Shown here: positions 19,890 through 29,589 of the stretch, one piece after another | Layout of the letters: each line of letters opens with the position of its first letter | How positions within the stretch are numbered: position 1 is the first letter of the stretch | Assembly: GCA_021806135.1 (NCBI GenBank) | Contig: JAJZYB010000004.1 | Location: forward strand, 7,686 to 71,685 | DNA length: 64,000 bases | Source of the DNA: Thermoplasmata archaeon | GTDB taxonomy: Archaea; Thermoplasmatota; Thermoplasmata; Lutacidiplasmatales; UBA184 | Direction of reading: 5' to 3' | The notes under the pieces: model-generated | Databases searched by the model: none | What the model was told of the DNA's origin: nothing | The model's input: the letters and a program-made list of their open reading frames with translations, nothing else | Program-made: the position numbers and the translations under genes

Positions 19890-21389
19890 TCACCGCAGGA
19901 GACTACCGGGGAGGGCTCCGCCTTTGGGCGCCGCGCTCCCCGCAGGACCCATGGGGGAGAGGAAGCGCCCCTCCTGGGAGACCTCCTCCAGGTCCCGTTG
20001 CTTCGGTTCCGGCAACAGCAGGATCGTGAGGACGAGCCCCACCAGGGCAAGGATGCCGAGCACCAGGAAGAGGGTGCTGAGGCCGCCGGTGGCGAGGATG
20101 TAGACATCGACCACGGTCCCGAGGGCCGCCCCGGTCTTCCCCCCGGCGGCGGCGATGCCGCTGCCCAGCCCCCGGGTGGAGACCGGGAAGACCTCTGGCG
20201 GGTAGACGAAGGTGGTGACGTTCGGCCCGAACTCGATGAAGAAGTAGCTCAGCCCGTAGACCGCCAGGAACTCGCTCAGGTAGGCCGCGGTGGCGAGCTC
20301 GTGGAAGACCCCGATCACGAGGAAGGTGACCGCCATGGCGGCGAATCCGACCACCTGGATGGGCTTCCTGCCGATCCGGTCCATGGTGAAGGTGGCGAGC
20401 CAGTAGCCGGGGAGGGCGGCCACCCCGAAGATGAGCGCGTTGTAGCTGGCAGAGGCTTTCACCAGCGCGAGCCCGGTGACCGTGGAGGGGACCAGGAAGC
20501 CGGTGATGGAGGAGGCCATGATGGAGTTCCCGTAGAGCGCCCAGTCCATGAGGAACCAGGTCCCGGCGGTGCCGATGACGAGCATCAGGAGCCGACGGTC
20601 GGTGAACAGCTGGGACCAGCGCGCCTTCACCACCCGGGTGGGCGCGGTGGAGCTGGAGGTGCTGACGGAGAGGCCGGAGTAGCGCTCCAGGTCCTGGGCG
20701 GCCTTCCTCGCGTTCCCCCGGACGCCCACGGTGAACTTGGGGGTCTCGGGGAGCGACCGCCGGCCGTAGATCACCGCCGCCGCGGGGATGGCCCCGAAGG
20801 CGAAGAGGAGCTTCCACATGAGCGCCGGGGCGACCCCGGCATAGAGGAGGCCCAAGACCGCCAGCGGGCCCGCCAGGAGCCCCAGGCTCTGCATGGAGAA
20901 GACCATCCCCACCAGCATGCCCCGGTTCTTCGTGTTGGAGTACTCCGCCATGATGGTGGAGCTGGTGGCGTAATCCCCGCCGATCCCCACGCCCAGGAGG
21001 AACCGCCACGCGATGAGGATGAAGACCCCGTTCACGGGGGTCAGGAAGGCGCTTCCCAGGGCACCGGCGACCAGGAGGACGAGCTCGAAGCCGTAGATGG
21101 CCTTGCGGCCCAGGTAGTCCAGGAGGCGGCCGAAGACCAGGGCGCCCAGGACGGCCGCCATGAGGGCGGTGGAGGCGACCAGCGCGGTCTCGGCGGTGGA
21201 GAGCTTGGTCCACCCGGCGAGGGGCAGGATGGTGAGGATGCTGCCGATGATGAACAGGTCGTACGCGTCGGTGAAGAACCCGAGCCCGGAGAGGATCCAG
21301 GTCTTGAAATGGAAGCCCCGGGTGCGGGTCCGGTTGAGCCCGGAGAGGATGGCCTCCCGGCCGTCGGTGCCCGCTGGCGCATCCGGCAT
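19890..21389 (-). CDS. MFS transporter; the GIGGDY signature resembles the phosphate/metabolite:H+ symporter family
   Basis: Twelve predicted TM segments and GVGIGGDYATSSTIMAEYSNTKNRG resemble Pho84/PHS-type MFS. Confidence 0.8.
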   Translation of the reverse strand: MPDAPAGTDGREAILSGLNRTRTRGFHFKTWILSGLGFFTDAYDLFIIGSILTILPLAGWTKLSTAETALVASTALMAAVLGALVFGRLLDYLGRKAIYGFELVLLVAGALGSAFLTPVNGVFILIAWRFLLGVGIGGDYATSSTIMAEYSNTKNRGMLVGMVFSMQSLGLLAGPLAVLGLLYAGVAPALMWKLLFAFGAIPAAAVIYGRRSLPETPKFTVGVRGNARKAAQDLERYSGLSVSTSSSTAPTRVVKARWSQLFTDRRLLMLVIGTAGTWFLMDWALYGNSIMASSITGFLVPSTVTGLALVKASASYNALIFGVAALPGYWLATFTMDRIGRKPIQVVGFAAMAVTFLVIGVFHELATAAYLSEFLAVYGLSYFFIEFGPNVTTFVYPPEVFPVSTRGLGSGIAAAGGKTGAALGTVVDVYILATGGLSTLFLVLGILALVGLVLTILLLPEPKQRDLEEVSQEGRFLSPMGPAGSAAPKGGALPGSLLR

Positions 21390-21514
21390 GAGATCCTCGC
21401 GCCCGAGGACTTTCCGGGGCTATAAGAGCCGTTTCCCCGTATTCTATATAGGGCTATATAGCAAACCTGCGACAAGCCCTCTCCAGGGGTGGAGGGGCCT
21501 CCTCCCCCGGAGGC

Positions 21515-24500
21515 TCAGTCGTCGTCGGAGTCCTTCCCCTTGGAGGCGCGGCGGGGAGGGGCATCGTCCTCATCGTCGTCCTTGGAGGAGCCCTTCCCGC
21601 CCCGTCCGGACCCCTTAGCGCTCCCGGAGGTGCTCCCCCGGGCCCGGCGCCGGTAGGCGAAGTAGACCAGGACGATGATGAGGATCCCCACCGCCGCCAC
21701 GATCCCGTACTCCAGGTACTGGTTGGTCGGGCTCGGGTTCACGCTCACGGAGATCTGCGCCAGGTTCGCCCCGCCGACATAGTCCCCGGGGAACTCGTTC
21801 GTCGCGGTGGCGTTCGCCCAGAGCGCCCGGCTCCCGGTGAGGTTACCGGGCGCGGTGAACGTCACCTCGGCACGGAGCGTCTGGTTGTGCTTGAGCGTGG
21901 CGAGGCCCGTGAAGGCCACGGTCCCGTTCACCACTCCGTTGGTGTACCCGTAGAATCGGACCGCCCCGGGGGCTCCTCCCACCAGGGTCCGGTGGTCGGT
22001 GACGCCCGGCGAGGTGAGGTAGAAGGTCACCGACACGTTCTCCGCCACGGAGGAGTTCCCTCCCGCGTTGGTCACGTTGGTCCAGATCGTGTAGGACGAC
22101 CCCGCGGTCAGGCTGGTGGGGGTGGTGAAGTTGGAGACCTGCAGCACCGGACGCAGGGTGCGGTTCGGGGAGACCGTGAGCGGGAGGATGGTGGTGGCGG
22201 TATTGCCGGCCAGGTCCGTCACGGTCAGGTTGAAGGAATACGTCCCTTGCGCGGCCGGCAGCCAGACGGAGGGGGCCACGTCCGTGGTCGCGTTGAAGTA
22301 CCGTGGCGTGAACCCCGACCCCTTCGAGTTGTTCACGGTCCAGCGGTAGGCCGCGATGGAACCGTTCCCGGGGTCGTGGGAATACTTGTCGATGAGGGTC
22401 ACCTGGGCGGTCTCGTTGCTCCCTTCCACCAGCGTGGTCACGTTCTGGCCCTTCGAGTTCTGGAGGCTCCCGATGGCGTCCGGCTTCTGGGTGTCGTTCA
22501 CGAGCACCCAGAGGGTGGCGTTCGCCCGGTTCCCACCGGAGTCGAAGAGCGTCTCGCTGACCCGGTAGACCCATCCCTTGGTGGCGTAGGTCGTCCCGTT
22601 GATCACCGTGTGGTTCAGCCAGGGGCCGGCCCCCAGGAAGGCGTAGGTCACGTTGGCGAGGACGCGGGCCCCGGCGCCCAGGGAGTAGTTGTAGGACGCG
22701 TAGGTGGGTCCGGCGCTGATGTTCCAGATCGCGTCCGCAATGACTCCCGGGACCGAGGCACCGGAATAGAGGGCGTCCGTGCTCCCCGTGGCGTTGAAGC
22801 GCAGCGAAGTGGAGTAGTTCACGTAGGTGACGCCCAGGGTGTGGGCCCCGTTGAGCCAGTGCACCGCCGAGGCATTGGTGGCGATCTGGGGGGTGGGGGG
22901 CACCGAATCCACGAGGACCTTGAAGGAGACCACGCTCGTCTGACCTCCGTTCGCGACCAGGGTGAGACTACCGGGGTAGCTCCCGCCCTTCGCGTAGGTG
23001 TGATAGACCGTCACATTGGTGGTGTTGACCCCGGGGGTCCCGTCCCCGAAGGTCCAGCGGTAGGCGGTCACGTTGAAGGCGGAGGGGATGAGCGAGTTCG
23101 CGGCGGAGAGGCTCACGTTCTGGCCCGCCCCCACCACCACCGTGTAATTCGCCCGGCTGCTGTTGAGCACGTTGTGGCTGGAGAAGGCGAAGTTGCTGGA
23201 GGTCACGTTCACGATGGCGGAGACGTTCTGGAAGCGGTAGGCGGTGAACTGGGCCGTGGAGTTGAGCTCCGGGCCTGGGCTGTGGAGCGCGCTCAGCGTG
23301 AACGCGGTCCAGGTCCCTCCCGGTCCGGCCGGGGTGAGGACGGTCCCAAGGGGGGCGCTGGCGTGGGCGCCCAGAACGTAGTCCGGAGGCAGCACGACGG
23401 TGTAGTTGAGCGCCTCGTTGGAGACCGGGTAGCGGAAGCCCAGGGTCAACTGGTAGGACGAGTAGCTGGGCTTCAGGGCGGTGCCCAGGGTGTAGTTCTC
23501 CGTGGTCCGGTAGCCCAGAGCCTGATTGCTGTCGAAGTTGGTGTCGGTGGGGACGGAGGTGTAGTTCAGGTGGAAGCTACCGGTCTCCACGAAGCTGGTC
23601 CCGTTCACGGCGAGCCCCATCACGTCGGCCGGGTAGACCGGACCGGAAGAGGCCAGCCAGTTCTGGAACGCGGCGAACTCCGCGCTGGAGGCATTCACGG
23701 CGGGCGGGGAGCCGAAGTCCAGGGCCATCTGGGTGTAGAGGTTCCCCACGCTGGCATTGGGGAGGGACACGAACGTGGAACCCGCGGTCCGGGTGACCTG
23801 GCTCGTCACGTTCGCGGTGCTGAAGTTCTGGGGGAAGACGATGGTCGTGGCCTCCGCGGTGGGCGGATGGGTGCCGTCCGCCGTGACGGGCACCGAGAGC
23901 GAGAGCGTGGGCGCGGCGGCCGAGACCTTCAGGTACTGGGTCGCCGTCTCATAGCCCTGAGGGGAGAGGAACATCAGGAACTGGGTCCCAGGGGTTCCCG
24001 GGTTACCGGCCAGGAGCGAGGCGTAGGTCCCGGCCTGGAAGAAGTTCCCGGAGGTGGAGTACGAGTGGTACACCCCGCCAGTGCTCAGGTCGAACAGGGT
24101 GACGTTGGTGCTGTTGGTGATCGCGTACCCAGTGCTGGGAACCAGGTACCCCTGGACCAGGTAGTTCGTGATGCTCAGGTTCGTCCAGGTGGTGGCGCCG
24201 GCACTGGAGACCACGGCCTGGGTGAAGTTGTACCGGGGGGTGGAGGCCCCGGGGATGTTCGCCTGGGCGTAGACGGTCCAGGTCCCCACCGGCGCCGGGA
24301 GGCTGTAGGTGCCGGAGAAGGTGCCGTTCGACAGGACGAAACCGTTCTGGCTCGGGTCCCGGATCTCCACCACGGCGCCGGAGACGGGGTGACCGGAGGC
24401 GTTCACGTTCCCCCGGATGGTGGAAGAGAGCAGCAGCGAGGAGAGCCCCGAAAGGGCGATGGGCCCCCCGGAGGCGAGCGTGGAGGCCGAGGCGTAGAAC

Positions 24501-24853
24501 GTGTCCCTGGTGCTCTGGCTGGGGACGATATACTGCGCCGGGCTCACCGCGCGGTCGACCTGGGCGGGCACCCGGGCCGTGTACCATCCCGGGGTGAGGT
24601 CACAAGCGGCGCTGGAGAGGAACAGGGCCTGGCCGCCGAGGGTGGTGGTGGCGTTGCAGAGAAGATCCGACCCCTTCTGGAAGAGCGTGACGTTCACCCC
24701 CGCGGGGGCGGGCGTGCTGGAGGCGTCCAGCGTGACCCGCACGGCGAGCTTGTTCGAGTTGGGGGCCGTTGCGCTGGCGACCGGGACCACCAGGCCGATG
24801 AGGACCAGGGCCACGGTGGCCAGGAAGAGCGCGCGCTTCGCGGGGGAGATCAT
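21515..24853 (-). CDS. S-layer-like surface glycoprotein with a PKD domain and C-terminal TM anchor
   Basis: The N-terminal signal peptide is MISPAKRALFLATVALVLIGLVVPVASA. A PKD motif (YRWTFGDGTPG...YHTYAKGGSYPGSLTLVANGG) is present. There are dozens of N-x-S/T sequons. The C-terminus has a TM helix (GIVAAVGILIIVLVYFAY) followed by an R/K/D-rich tail. Confidence 0.8.
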   Translation of the reverse strand: MISPAKRALFLATVALVLIGLVVPVASATAPNSNKLAVRVTLDASSTPAPAGVNVTLFQKGSDLLCNATTTLGGQALFLSSAACDLTPGWYTARVPAQVDRAVSPAQYIVPSQSTRDTFYASASTLASGGPIALSGLSSLLLSSTIRGNVNASGHPVSGAVVEIRDPSQNGFVLSNGTFSGTYSLPAPVGTWTVYAQANIPGASTPRYNFTQAVVSSAGATTWTNLSITNYLVQGYLVPSTGYAITNSTNVTLFDLSTGGVYHSYSTSGNFFQAGTYASLLAGNPGTPGTQFLMFLSPQGYETATQYLKVSAAAPTLSLSVPVTADGTHPPTAEATTIVFPQNFSTANVTSQVTRTAGSTFVSLPNASVGNLYTQMALDFGSPPAVNASSAEFAAFQNWLASSGPVYPADVMGLAVNGTSFVETGSFHLNYTSVPTDTNFDSNQALGYRTTENYTLGTALKPSYSSYQLTLGFRYPVSNEALNYTVVLPPDYVLGAHASAPLGTVLTPAGPGGTWTAFTLSALHSPGPELNSTAQFTAYRFQNVSAIVNVTSSNFAFSSHNVLNSSRANYTVVVGAGQNVSLSAANSLIPSAFNVTAYRWTFGDGTPGVNTTNVTVYHTYAKGGSYPGSLTLVANGGQTSVVSFKVLVDSVPPTPQIATNASAVHWLNGAHTLGVTYVNYSTSLRFNATGSTDALYSGASVPGVIADAIWNISAGPTYASYNYSLGAGARVLANVTYAFLGAGPWLNHTVINGTTYATKGWVYRVSETLFDSGGNRANATLWVLVNDTQKPDAIGSLQNSKGQNVTTLVEGSNETAQVTLIDKYSHDPGNGSIAAYRWTVNNSKGSGFTPRYFNATTDVAPSVWLPAAQGTYSFNLTVTDLAGNTATTILPLTVSPNRTLRPVLQVSNFTTPTSLTAGSSYTIWTNVTNAGGNSSVAENVSVTFYLTSPGVTDHRTLVGGAPGAVRFYGYTNGVVNGTVAFTGLATLKHNQTLRAEVTFTAPGNLTGSRALWANATATNEFPGDYVGGANLAQISVSVNPSPTNQYLEYGIVAAVGILIIVLVYFAYRRRARGSTSGSAKGSGRGGKGSSKDDDEDDAPPRRASKGKDSDDD

Positions 24854-24916
24854 TCTGGTTTCACTCCTTCAAGGGTGCTCCCCCTGACGGGGGAACGCGC
24901 GGTCCAACTTGACGGC

Positions 24917-24929
24917 CCTAATATATTTT
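24917..24929 (-). promoter_or_regulatory. strong TATA box (minus strand aaaatatattagg) for the S-layer-like gene
   Basis: This is the most AT-rich 13-mer in the region. It lies about 65-75 nt upstream of the ATG at 24853. Confidence 0.45.
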
Positions 24930-25033
24930 GACCATGCGTAACCGACACAGGGCTCCGGGCCGAACGGGCGGGCGCTTCCCCGGGGGCCGGGCCCCCCGGA
25001 CGGAAGCCGTCCCCGTCCCCACAACGGCCTCCC

Positions 25034-27259
25034 TCACCGGTAGAGCACGTCCTCGTTCGGGCCGCCCTTGCGCCGAGTGAGGCGGAGCGCGGAGGTGGCC
25101 CGGGCGAACTCTTCGTAGAAGCGGAGGGTCTCCTGGTCCACCGAGGCGTGGGCCCGGGCCAGCGCCGCGTCGAAGTGCCGGGAGAGCACCTTCTTCGCCT
25201 GGGGGTTCTCCCGGAGGGCTTCCACCCCAGCCTCCCGGCAGACCGACGCGAGGTCGCTCCCCACGAAACCATCCGTCCGGGCGGCGAGCTCCTCCAGGGA
25301 GACTCCCTCCAGCGGCATCCGGGCCGTGTGGACCTTGAGCACGGCGACCCGGGCCTTCACGTCCGGCGGGGGTACGTAGATGAGGCGGTCGAACCGGCCC
25401 GTCCGGAGGAGGGCCTCGTCCAGGATGTCGGGCCGGTTCGTGGCGGCGAGGACCACGACCCGCTCCATGGACTCCAGCCCGTCCACGGAGGTCAACAGCT
25501 GGTTCACGATGCGCTCGGTCACCCCGCTGGAGTTCTGGAGCCCGCGTTTCGGCGCGATGGCGTCGATCTCGTCCACGAAGACGATGGCCGGGGAGGCCTG
25601 CCGGGCCTTCTTGAAGATCATCCGGATCGCCTTCTCGCTCTCCCCCACCCACTTGCTCATCACCTCGGGCCCCTTCACCGAGATGAAGTTCGCCTGGCTC
25701 TCGGTGGCCACGGCCTTGGCGAGCATGGTCTTCCCCACCCCCGGAGGACCATAGAGCAGGATCCCCCGGGGGGGATCGATCCCGAGGGTCTTGAACGCCT
25801 GGGGGTTCTTGAACGGGAGCTCCACGCTCTCCCTCAGGTCCGACTTGACGCGCTCGAGGCCCCCCACCTGCTCCCAGCGGACCGCGGGGACCTCCACCGC
25901 CACGTCCCGCAGGCTCGACGGCTCGATCTGCTTGAGGGCCTCCCGGAAGTCCGCTGGGGTGACCTTCATCTTCTCCAGCAGCGGCACCGAGATGGGTTTG
26001 TCAAAGTCGATCTCCGGAAGGTAGCGGCGCAAGGCCCGCATGGCGGCCTCCCGGCCCAGGGCGGCCAGGTCCGCCCCGACGAATCCGTGGGTGATGGCGG
26101 CCATCTCGTCCAGGAGTCGCTCCCGTTCCCTCTCGCTGGCGTCGATGGGCATGCCCCGGGTGTGGATCTGCAGGATCTCCTTGCGTCCCTCCACCGTGGG
26201 GACGCCGATCTCGATCTCCCGGTCAAAGCGTCCCGGGCGGCGCAGCGCCGGATCGATGGCCTCCTCCCGGTTCGTGGCGGCGATGACGATGACGTTCCCC
26301 CGGCCGGAGAGCCCGTCCATGAGGGTGAGGAGCTGGGCGACCACCCGCCGCTCCACCTCCCCCACCACCTCGTCCCGCCGGGGGGCGATGGAATCGAGCT
26401 CGTCGATGAAGATCACCGTGGGCGCGTGCTTCTCCGCCTCCTCGAACTTCTCCCGGAGCTCCTTCTCGCTCTCCCCGTAATACTTGGAGATGATCTCCGG
26501 GCCGGCGATGGAGATGAAGTGCGCCCCCGCCTCGTTCGCCACCGCCTTGGCGATGAGGGTCTTGCCCGTTCCCGGGGGACCGTAGAGCAGCACCCCCTTC
26601 GGTGGCGAGATCGCCAGCCGGTCGAAAAGCTCCGGGTGCTTCAAGGGCAGCTCGATCATCTCCCGGACCCGGGAGAGCTTGTCCTTCAACCCCCCGATGT
26701 CCTCGTAGGAGACCCGGGGGCTGCTGATCTCCACCTCGTTGACCGTCTCCGGGCGGATGGTCACCGTGGTGTTCGGGCCCACCTGGACGATCCCCTTGGG
26801 GTTCGTGGCGACGACCAGGAAGAGGAGCGAACCTCCCATGAGGAAGACCCCCGGGACGACGAACACGTCCCCCCGGACGAACGGGCGCCGCGCCAGGGCC
26901 TTGCCCACGAAGGATTCCAGCCCCGCGCCCAGGTCCATCTTGGGGGCCCCGGAATAGATGGGGGCGATGGTGATCGACTCCCCGATAGGGCATTCGGCCC
27001 GGGCGATCTCCACGCGGTCCCCGATGGAGAGCCTCCCGTTCCGGCGGATCACGGCCTCCAACCGCACCACCCCCCGCCCCTCGTCCTCGGGGAGTCCCTT
27101 CTGGACCACGGCGGCGGTGATCTTGCGGCCGCGGATCTCCACCGCGTCGCCGGGCGCGACCTTGAGCCGTTGACGCGTGGCCTGGTCGAGCCGGGCCAGC
27201 CCGAAGCCGACGTCGTTCTGGGCCGCCTCGGCCACTTTGAGCGTCACGCTCTCCGCCAT
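25034..27259 (-). CDS. cdc48: Cdc48/VCP-like AAA+ ATPase (double AAA)
   Basis: The two Walker A motifs are LLYGPPGTGKTLIAKAVANE and ILLYGPPGVGKTMLAKAVATE. An N-terminal double-psi barrel domain is present. Confidence 0.95.
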   Translation of the reverse strand: MAESVTLKVAEAAQNDVGFGLARLDQATRQRLKVAPGDAVEIRGRKITAAVVQKGLPEDEGRGVVRLEAVIRRNGRLSIGDRVEIARAECPIGESITIAPIYSGAPKMDLGAGLESFVGKALARRPFVRGDVFVVPGVFLMGGSLLFLVVATNPKGIVQVGPNTTVTIRPETVNEVEISSPRVSYEDIGGLKDKLSRVREMIELPLKHPELFDRLAISPPKGVLLYGPPGTGKTLIAKAVANEAGAHFISIAGPEIISKYYGESEKELREKFEEAEKHAPTVIFIDELDSIAPRRDEVVGEVERRVVAQLLTLMDGLSGRGNVIVIAATNREEAIDPALRRPGRFDREIEIGVPTVEGRKEILQIHTRGMPIDASERERERLLDEMAAITHGFVGADLAALGREAAMRALRRYLPEIDFDKPISVPLLEKMKVTPADFREALKQIEPSSLRDVAVEVPAVRWEQVGGLERVKSDLRESVELPFKNPQAFKTLGIDPPRGILLYGPPGVGKTMLAKAVATESQANFISVKGPEVMSKWVGESEKAIRMIFKKARQASPAIVFVDEIDAIAPKRGLQNSSGVTERIVNQLLTSVDGLESMERVVVLAATNRPDILDEALLRTGRFDRLIYVPPPDVKARVAVLKVHTARMPLEGVSLEELAARTDGFVGSDLASVCREAGVEALRENPQAKKVLSRHFDAALARAHASVDQETLRFYEEFARATSALRLTRRKGGPNEDVLYR

Positions 27260-27378
27260 GGGCTCGGTCCCGGGGAGACACCGTCGCTAAAAAGGGCTCG
27301 CCGGAGCACCTTTCTCTCCCCCTCCTCTAGGGCCTCGAAGGTTAGCTACTTCCCCTGGGGGACGCATCCGGACCGACG

Positions 27379-28335
27379 ATGGCGCCTCCCCTTGACCCTC
27401 TCCCTGGCTGGCTCAAGCGGCTCCTCGAGGAAGCGGGTTTCACCGTGGAGCCCCTTTCCGACACCTCCTGGAGGGCCTCTCGCCCCGCGGACGGGAAGGC
27501 CCTCCTCGGGGGCCCGGAGGCGGAACGGCGGCTCCGAAAAGGCCCTGGAGACCCCCCACCCTCCGGGGAGACCCTCTACTTGCTCCTCCCCCGTCTCCCG
27601 CGTCTGCGGGAGCGGGAGCGTGCGGCCACCGCAGGGTTCCATCTGCTCTCTCCCGAGACCCTCCTCGCCGACCTCGACCTGCTCCTGGTCGTTTCCCCCG
27701 CCCCTGAACCTCCCGTGACCCCCCTCTCCCCGGTGCCCCCTCCTCCGCCCGAGGAGGTCTTCCCGGAGGCGCCCACGCCCTTCCCACCGGAGGTCTTCCC
27801 CCGGGAGCGGGTGGTGAGGCCCCGGATCGGCTGGGACGACGCCCGGAGGTACGCGGAGGACCGGCTCCGGGGCTACCGGATCCGTCCCGTTCTGGTCCCC
27901 TTCTATCTCTTCGCGTACCGGATCCGCGGTCTCCCGGGAGACCGTCCGGGAAGCCCGCACTTCTGGGTCGCGGCCCCGGCCATCCCGGGGGAGGTGGAGT
28001 TCTGGTCGACGCGGGAGCGGGAATTGGTCCCCCAAATACCCGGAGAGTGGCGTCGGTTGCCCGGGACCCGGTCGGAGGAGGACTGCCGGGCCGCGGCGCT
28101 CTCCACCGCCCTCGTGCACCACGGCAGGATCGTGGATCGCTCGGAGTGGCGTGGGGGCGTGCTGGTCATCGACCGGACGCGGGGGTCACTGGGGGCGGAG
28201 GAGGTGGAGATGGGGGAGGGTTCACTGGTCTGGGTCCCTCACTGGCTGCTCGATGGACGCAACGGGCGGATCATCCTGGACTCCGTGACCGGCCTACCAG
28301 CTCAGCTGGACCCCGAAGACGGGTTCGACGGATAG
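27379..28335 (+). CDS. hypothetical protein (318 aa) with a proline-rich central linker
   Basis: The frame has high GC3 and the gene is divergent from cdc48. I recognise no motif. The central PEPPVTPLSPVPPPPPEEVFPEAPTPFPPE linker separates two predicted globular halves. Confidence 0.45.
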   Translation: MAPPLDPLPGWLKRLLEEAGFTVEPLSDTSWRASRPADGKALLGGPEAERRLRKGPGDPPPSGETLYLLLPRLPRLRERERAATAGFHLLSPETLLADLDLLLVVSPAPEPPVTPLSPVPPPPPEEVFPEAPTPFPPEVFPRERVVRPRIGWDDARRYAEDRLRGYRIRPVLVPFYLFAYRIRGLPGDRPGSPHFWVAAPAIPGEVEFWSTRERELVPQIPGEWRRLPGTRSEEDCRAAALSTALVHHGRIVDRSEWRGGVLVIDRTRGSLGAEEVEMGEGSLVWVPHWLLDGRNGRIILDSVTGLPAQLDPEDGFDG

Positions 28336-28372
28336 GCGGAAGGCCTTTTGCCCGCCCCCTCCTCACCGGGCC

Positions 28373-28984
28373 ATGCTCCTTCGGCAGTTCCGGATCGGCC
28401 CGTATCAGAACTTCACCTACATCGTGGCGAACCGCGAAGGAGGGGAGGGGGTGGTCATCGACCCCTCGTTCGGGCTGGAACCGGTCCTCACGGAGCTGGA
28501 TGCCCTCTCCCTCTCCATCCGCTACATCCTCAACACGCACAGCCATCCGGACCACGTCGCGGGCAATGGGGAACTCCGGGAGCGGACGGGGGCGAAGGTG
28601 GGAGCCTACCAAACGGCCCCTCTGGACCTGGACCGGAAGCTCTCGGACGGGGAGGTGATCACGGTGGGGGGGATCCCCACCACCGTGCTCCACACCCCCG
28701 GGCACACGCCGGACAGCGTGCTCTATCTCTTCGAAGGTCACGTGGCCACCGGGGACACCCTTTTTGTGGGAGAGTGCGGGAGGACAGACCTGCCGGGGGG
28801 GAGCTCCGAGGCGCTCTACGACAGCCTGTTCGGGAAGGTGCTCCATCTCGACGACGCCACCGTGGTCCTCCCGGGCCACGACTACGGGCCGACACCCACC
28901 TCCACCATCGCCCGGGAACGGTCGGAGAACTACGTGCTCAAGCCGCGGACGAAGGACGAGTTCGTCCGCTTCATGCGGAGCTGA
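28373..28984 (+). CDS. MBL-fold metallo-hydrolase (glyoxalase II-like)
   Basis: The motifs LNTHSHPDHVAGN, HTPGHTPDS and LPGHDYG are present. Confidence 0.85.
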   Translation: MLLRQFRIGPYQNFTYIVANREGGEGVVIDPSFGLEPVLTELDALSLSIRYILNTHSHPDHVAGNGELRERTGAKVGAYQTAPLDLDRKLSDGEVITVGGIPTTVLHTPGHTPDSVLYLFEGHVATGDTLFVGECGRTDLPGGSSEALYDSLFGKVLHLDDATVVLPGHDYGPTPTSTIARERSENYVLKPRTKDEFVRFMRS

Positions 28985-28986
28985 GG

Positions 28987-29523
28987 GTGGAGGGACCATC
29001 CTTCCGGGCGCTCGGGCTGAGACCCCCCGAGGCGGGCTGCCCCTCCCCCAGGGAGGTGGTGACCGCCCTCCAGAGGGTCTCCGCAGAGGACCCTTCCCGG
29101 GGGACGGAGGCGTTCGCGCAGCTCGTCGACGCCGAGGCGGTGGCCGGGCCCCGGCATCTCTCGCTGGCAGTGCTCCGGGCCGACCGGGCAAGGCGCCAGG
29201 GCCGCGTCCGGCTGAAGGACCCTGGAGCCGCCTTCCTGCTCTACCTCTCCGGCACGGATCAGTTCTCGGAAGCGGTCCGCCGGGCGGGGATCTCGCCGGA
29301 GACCCGGGAAGGGGTCCTCGTGGTCGTGCCCGAGGCCGATCCCCGCCCGTGGGTGGAGGCGCTCGGCTGGCCCCTTTCCCCGGAGGCCTACCCTCGCCCG
29401 GCCCGGCCCGAAACCCTTCTCCGGTTGGGGGCACGGCCGGAGGAGGTCCGGGGACTCTCGCCCGATCGGCTCGAGCTCTTGGCCATGGAGCAGACGGCCC
29501 TTGCGGACCTGCCCCGGGGGTGA
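28987..29523 (+). CDS. hypothetical protein, possibly a Cgi121-like KEOPS subunit
   Basis: A GTG start immediately follows the MBL stop. The central AFLLYLSGTDQFSEAVRRAGI and C-terminal ELLAMEQTALADL weakly resemble Cgi121. Confidence 0.35.
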   Translation: MEGPSFRALGLRPPEAGCPSPREVVTALQRVSAEDPSRGTEAFAQLVDAEAVAGPRHLSLAVLRADRARRQGRVRLKDPGAAFLLYLSGTDQFSEAVRRAGISPETREGVLVVVPEADPRPWVEALGWPLSPEAYPRPARPETLLRLGARPEEVRGLSPDRLELLAMEQTALADLPRG

Positions 29524-29550
29524 GGGGGGCTCCGGCGGGGCTCGGTCGGA

Positions 29551-29560
29551 AGGCTTAACG
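29551..29560 (+). promoter_or_regulatory. TATA-like aggcttaacg 30-39 nt upstream of the tRNA at 29590
   Basis: It has the same motif and spacing as the element upstream of tRNA-Ser. Confidence 0.4.
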
Positions 29561-29589
29561 ATTCGAGGGCTCTGCGCGGCGCCGGCCGT

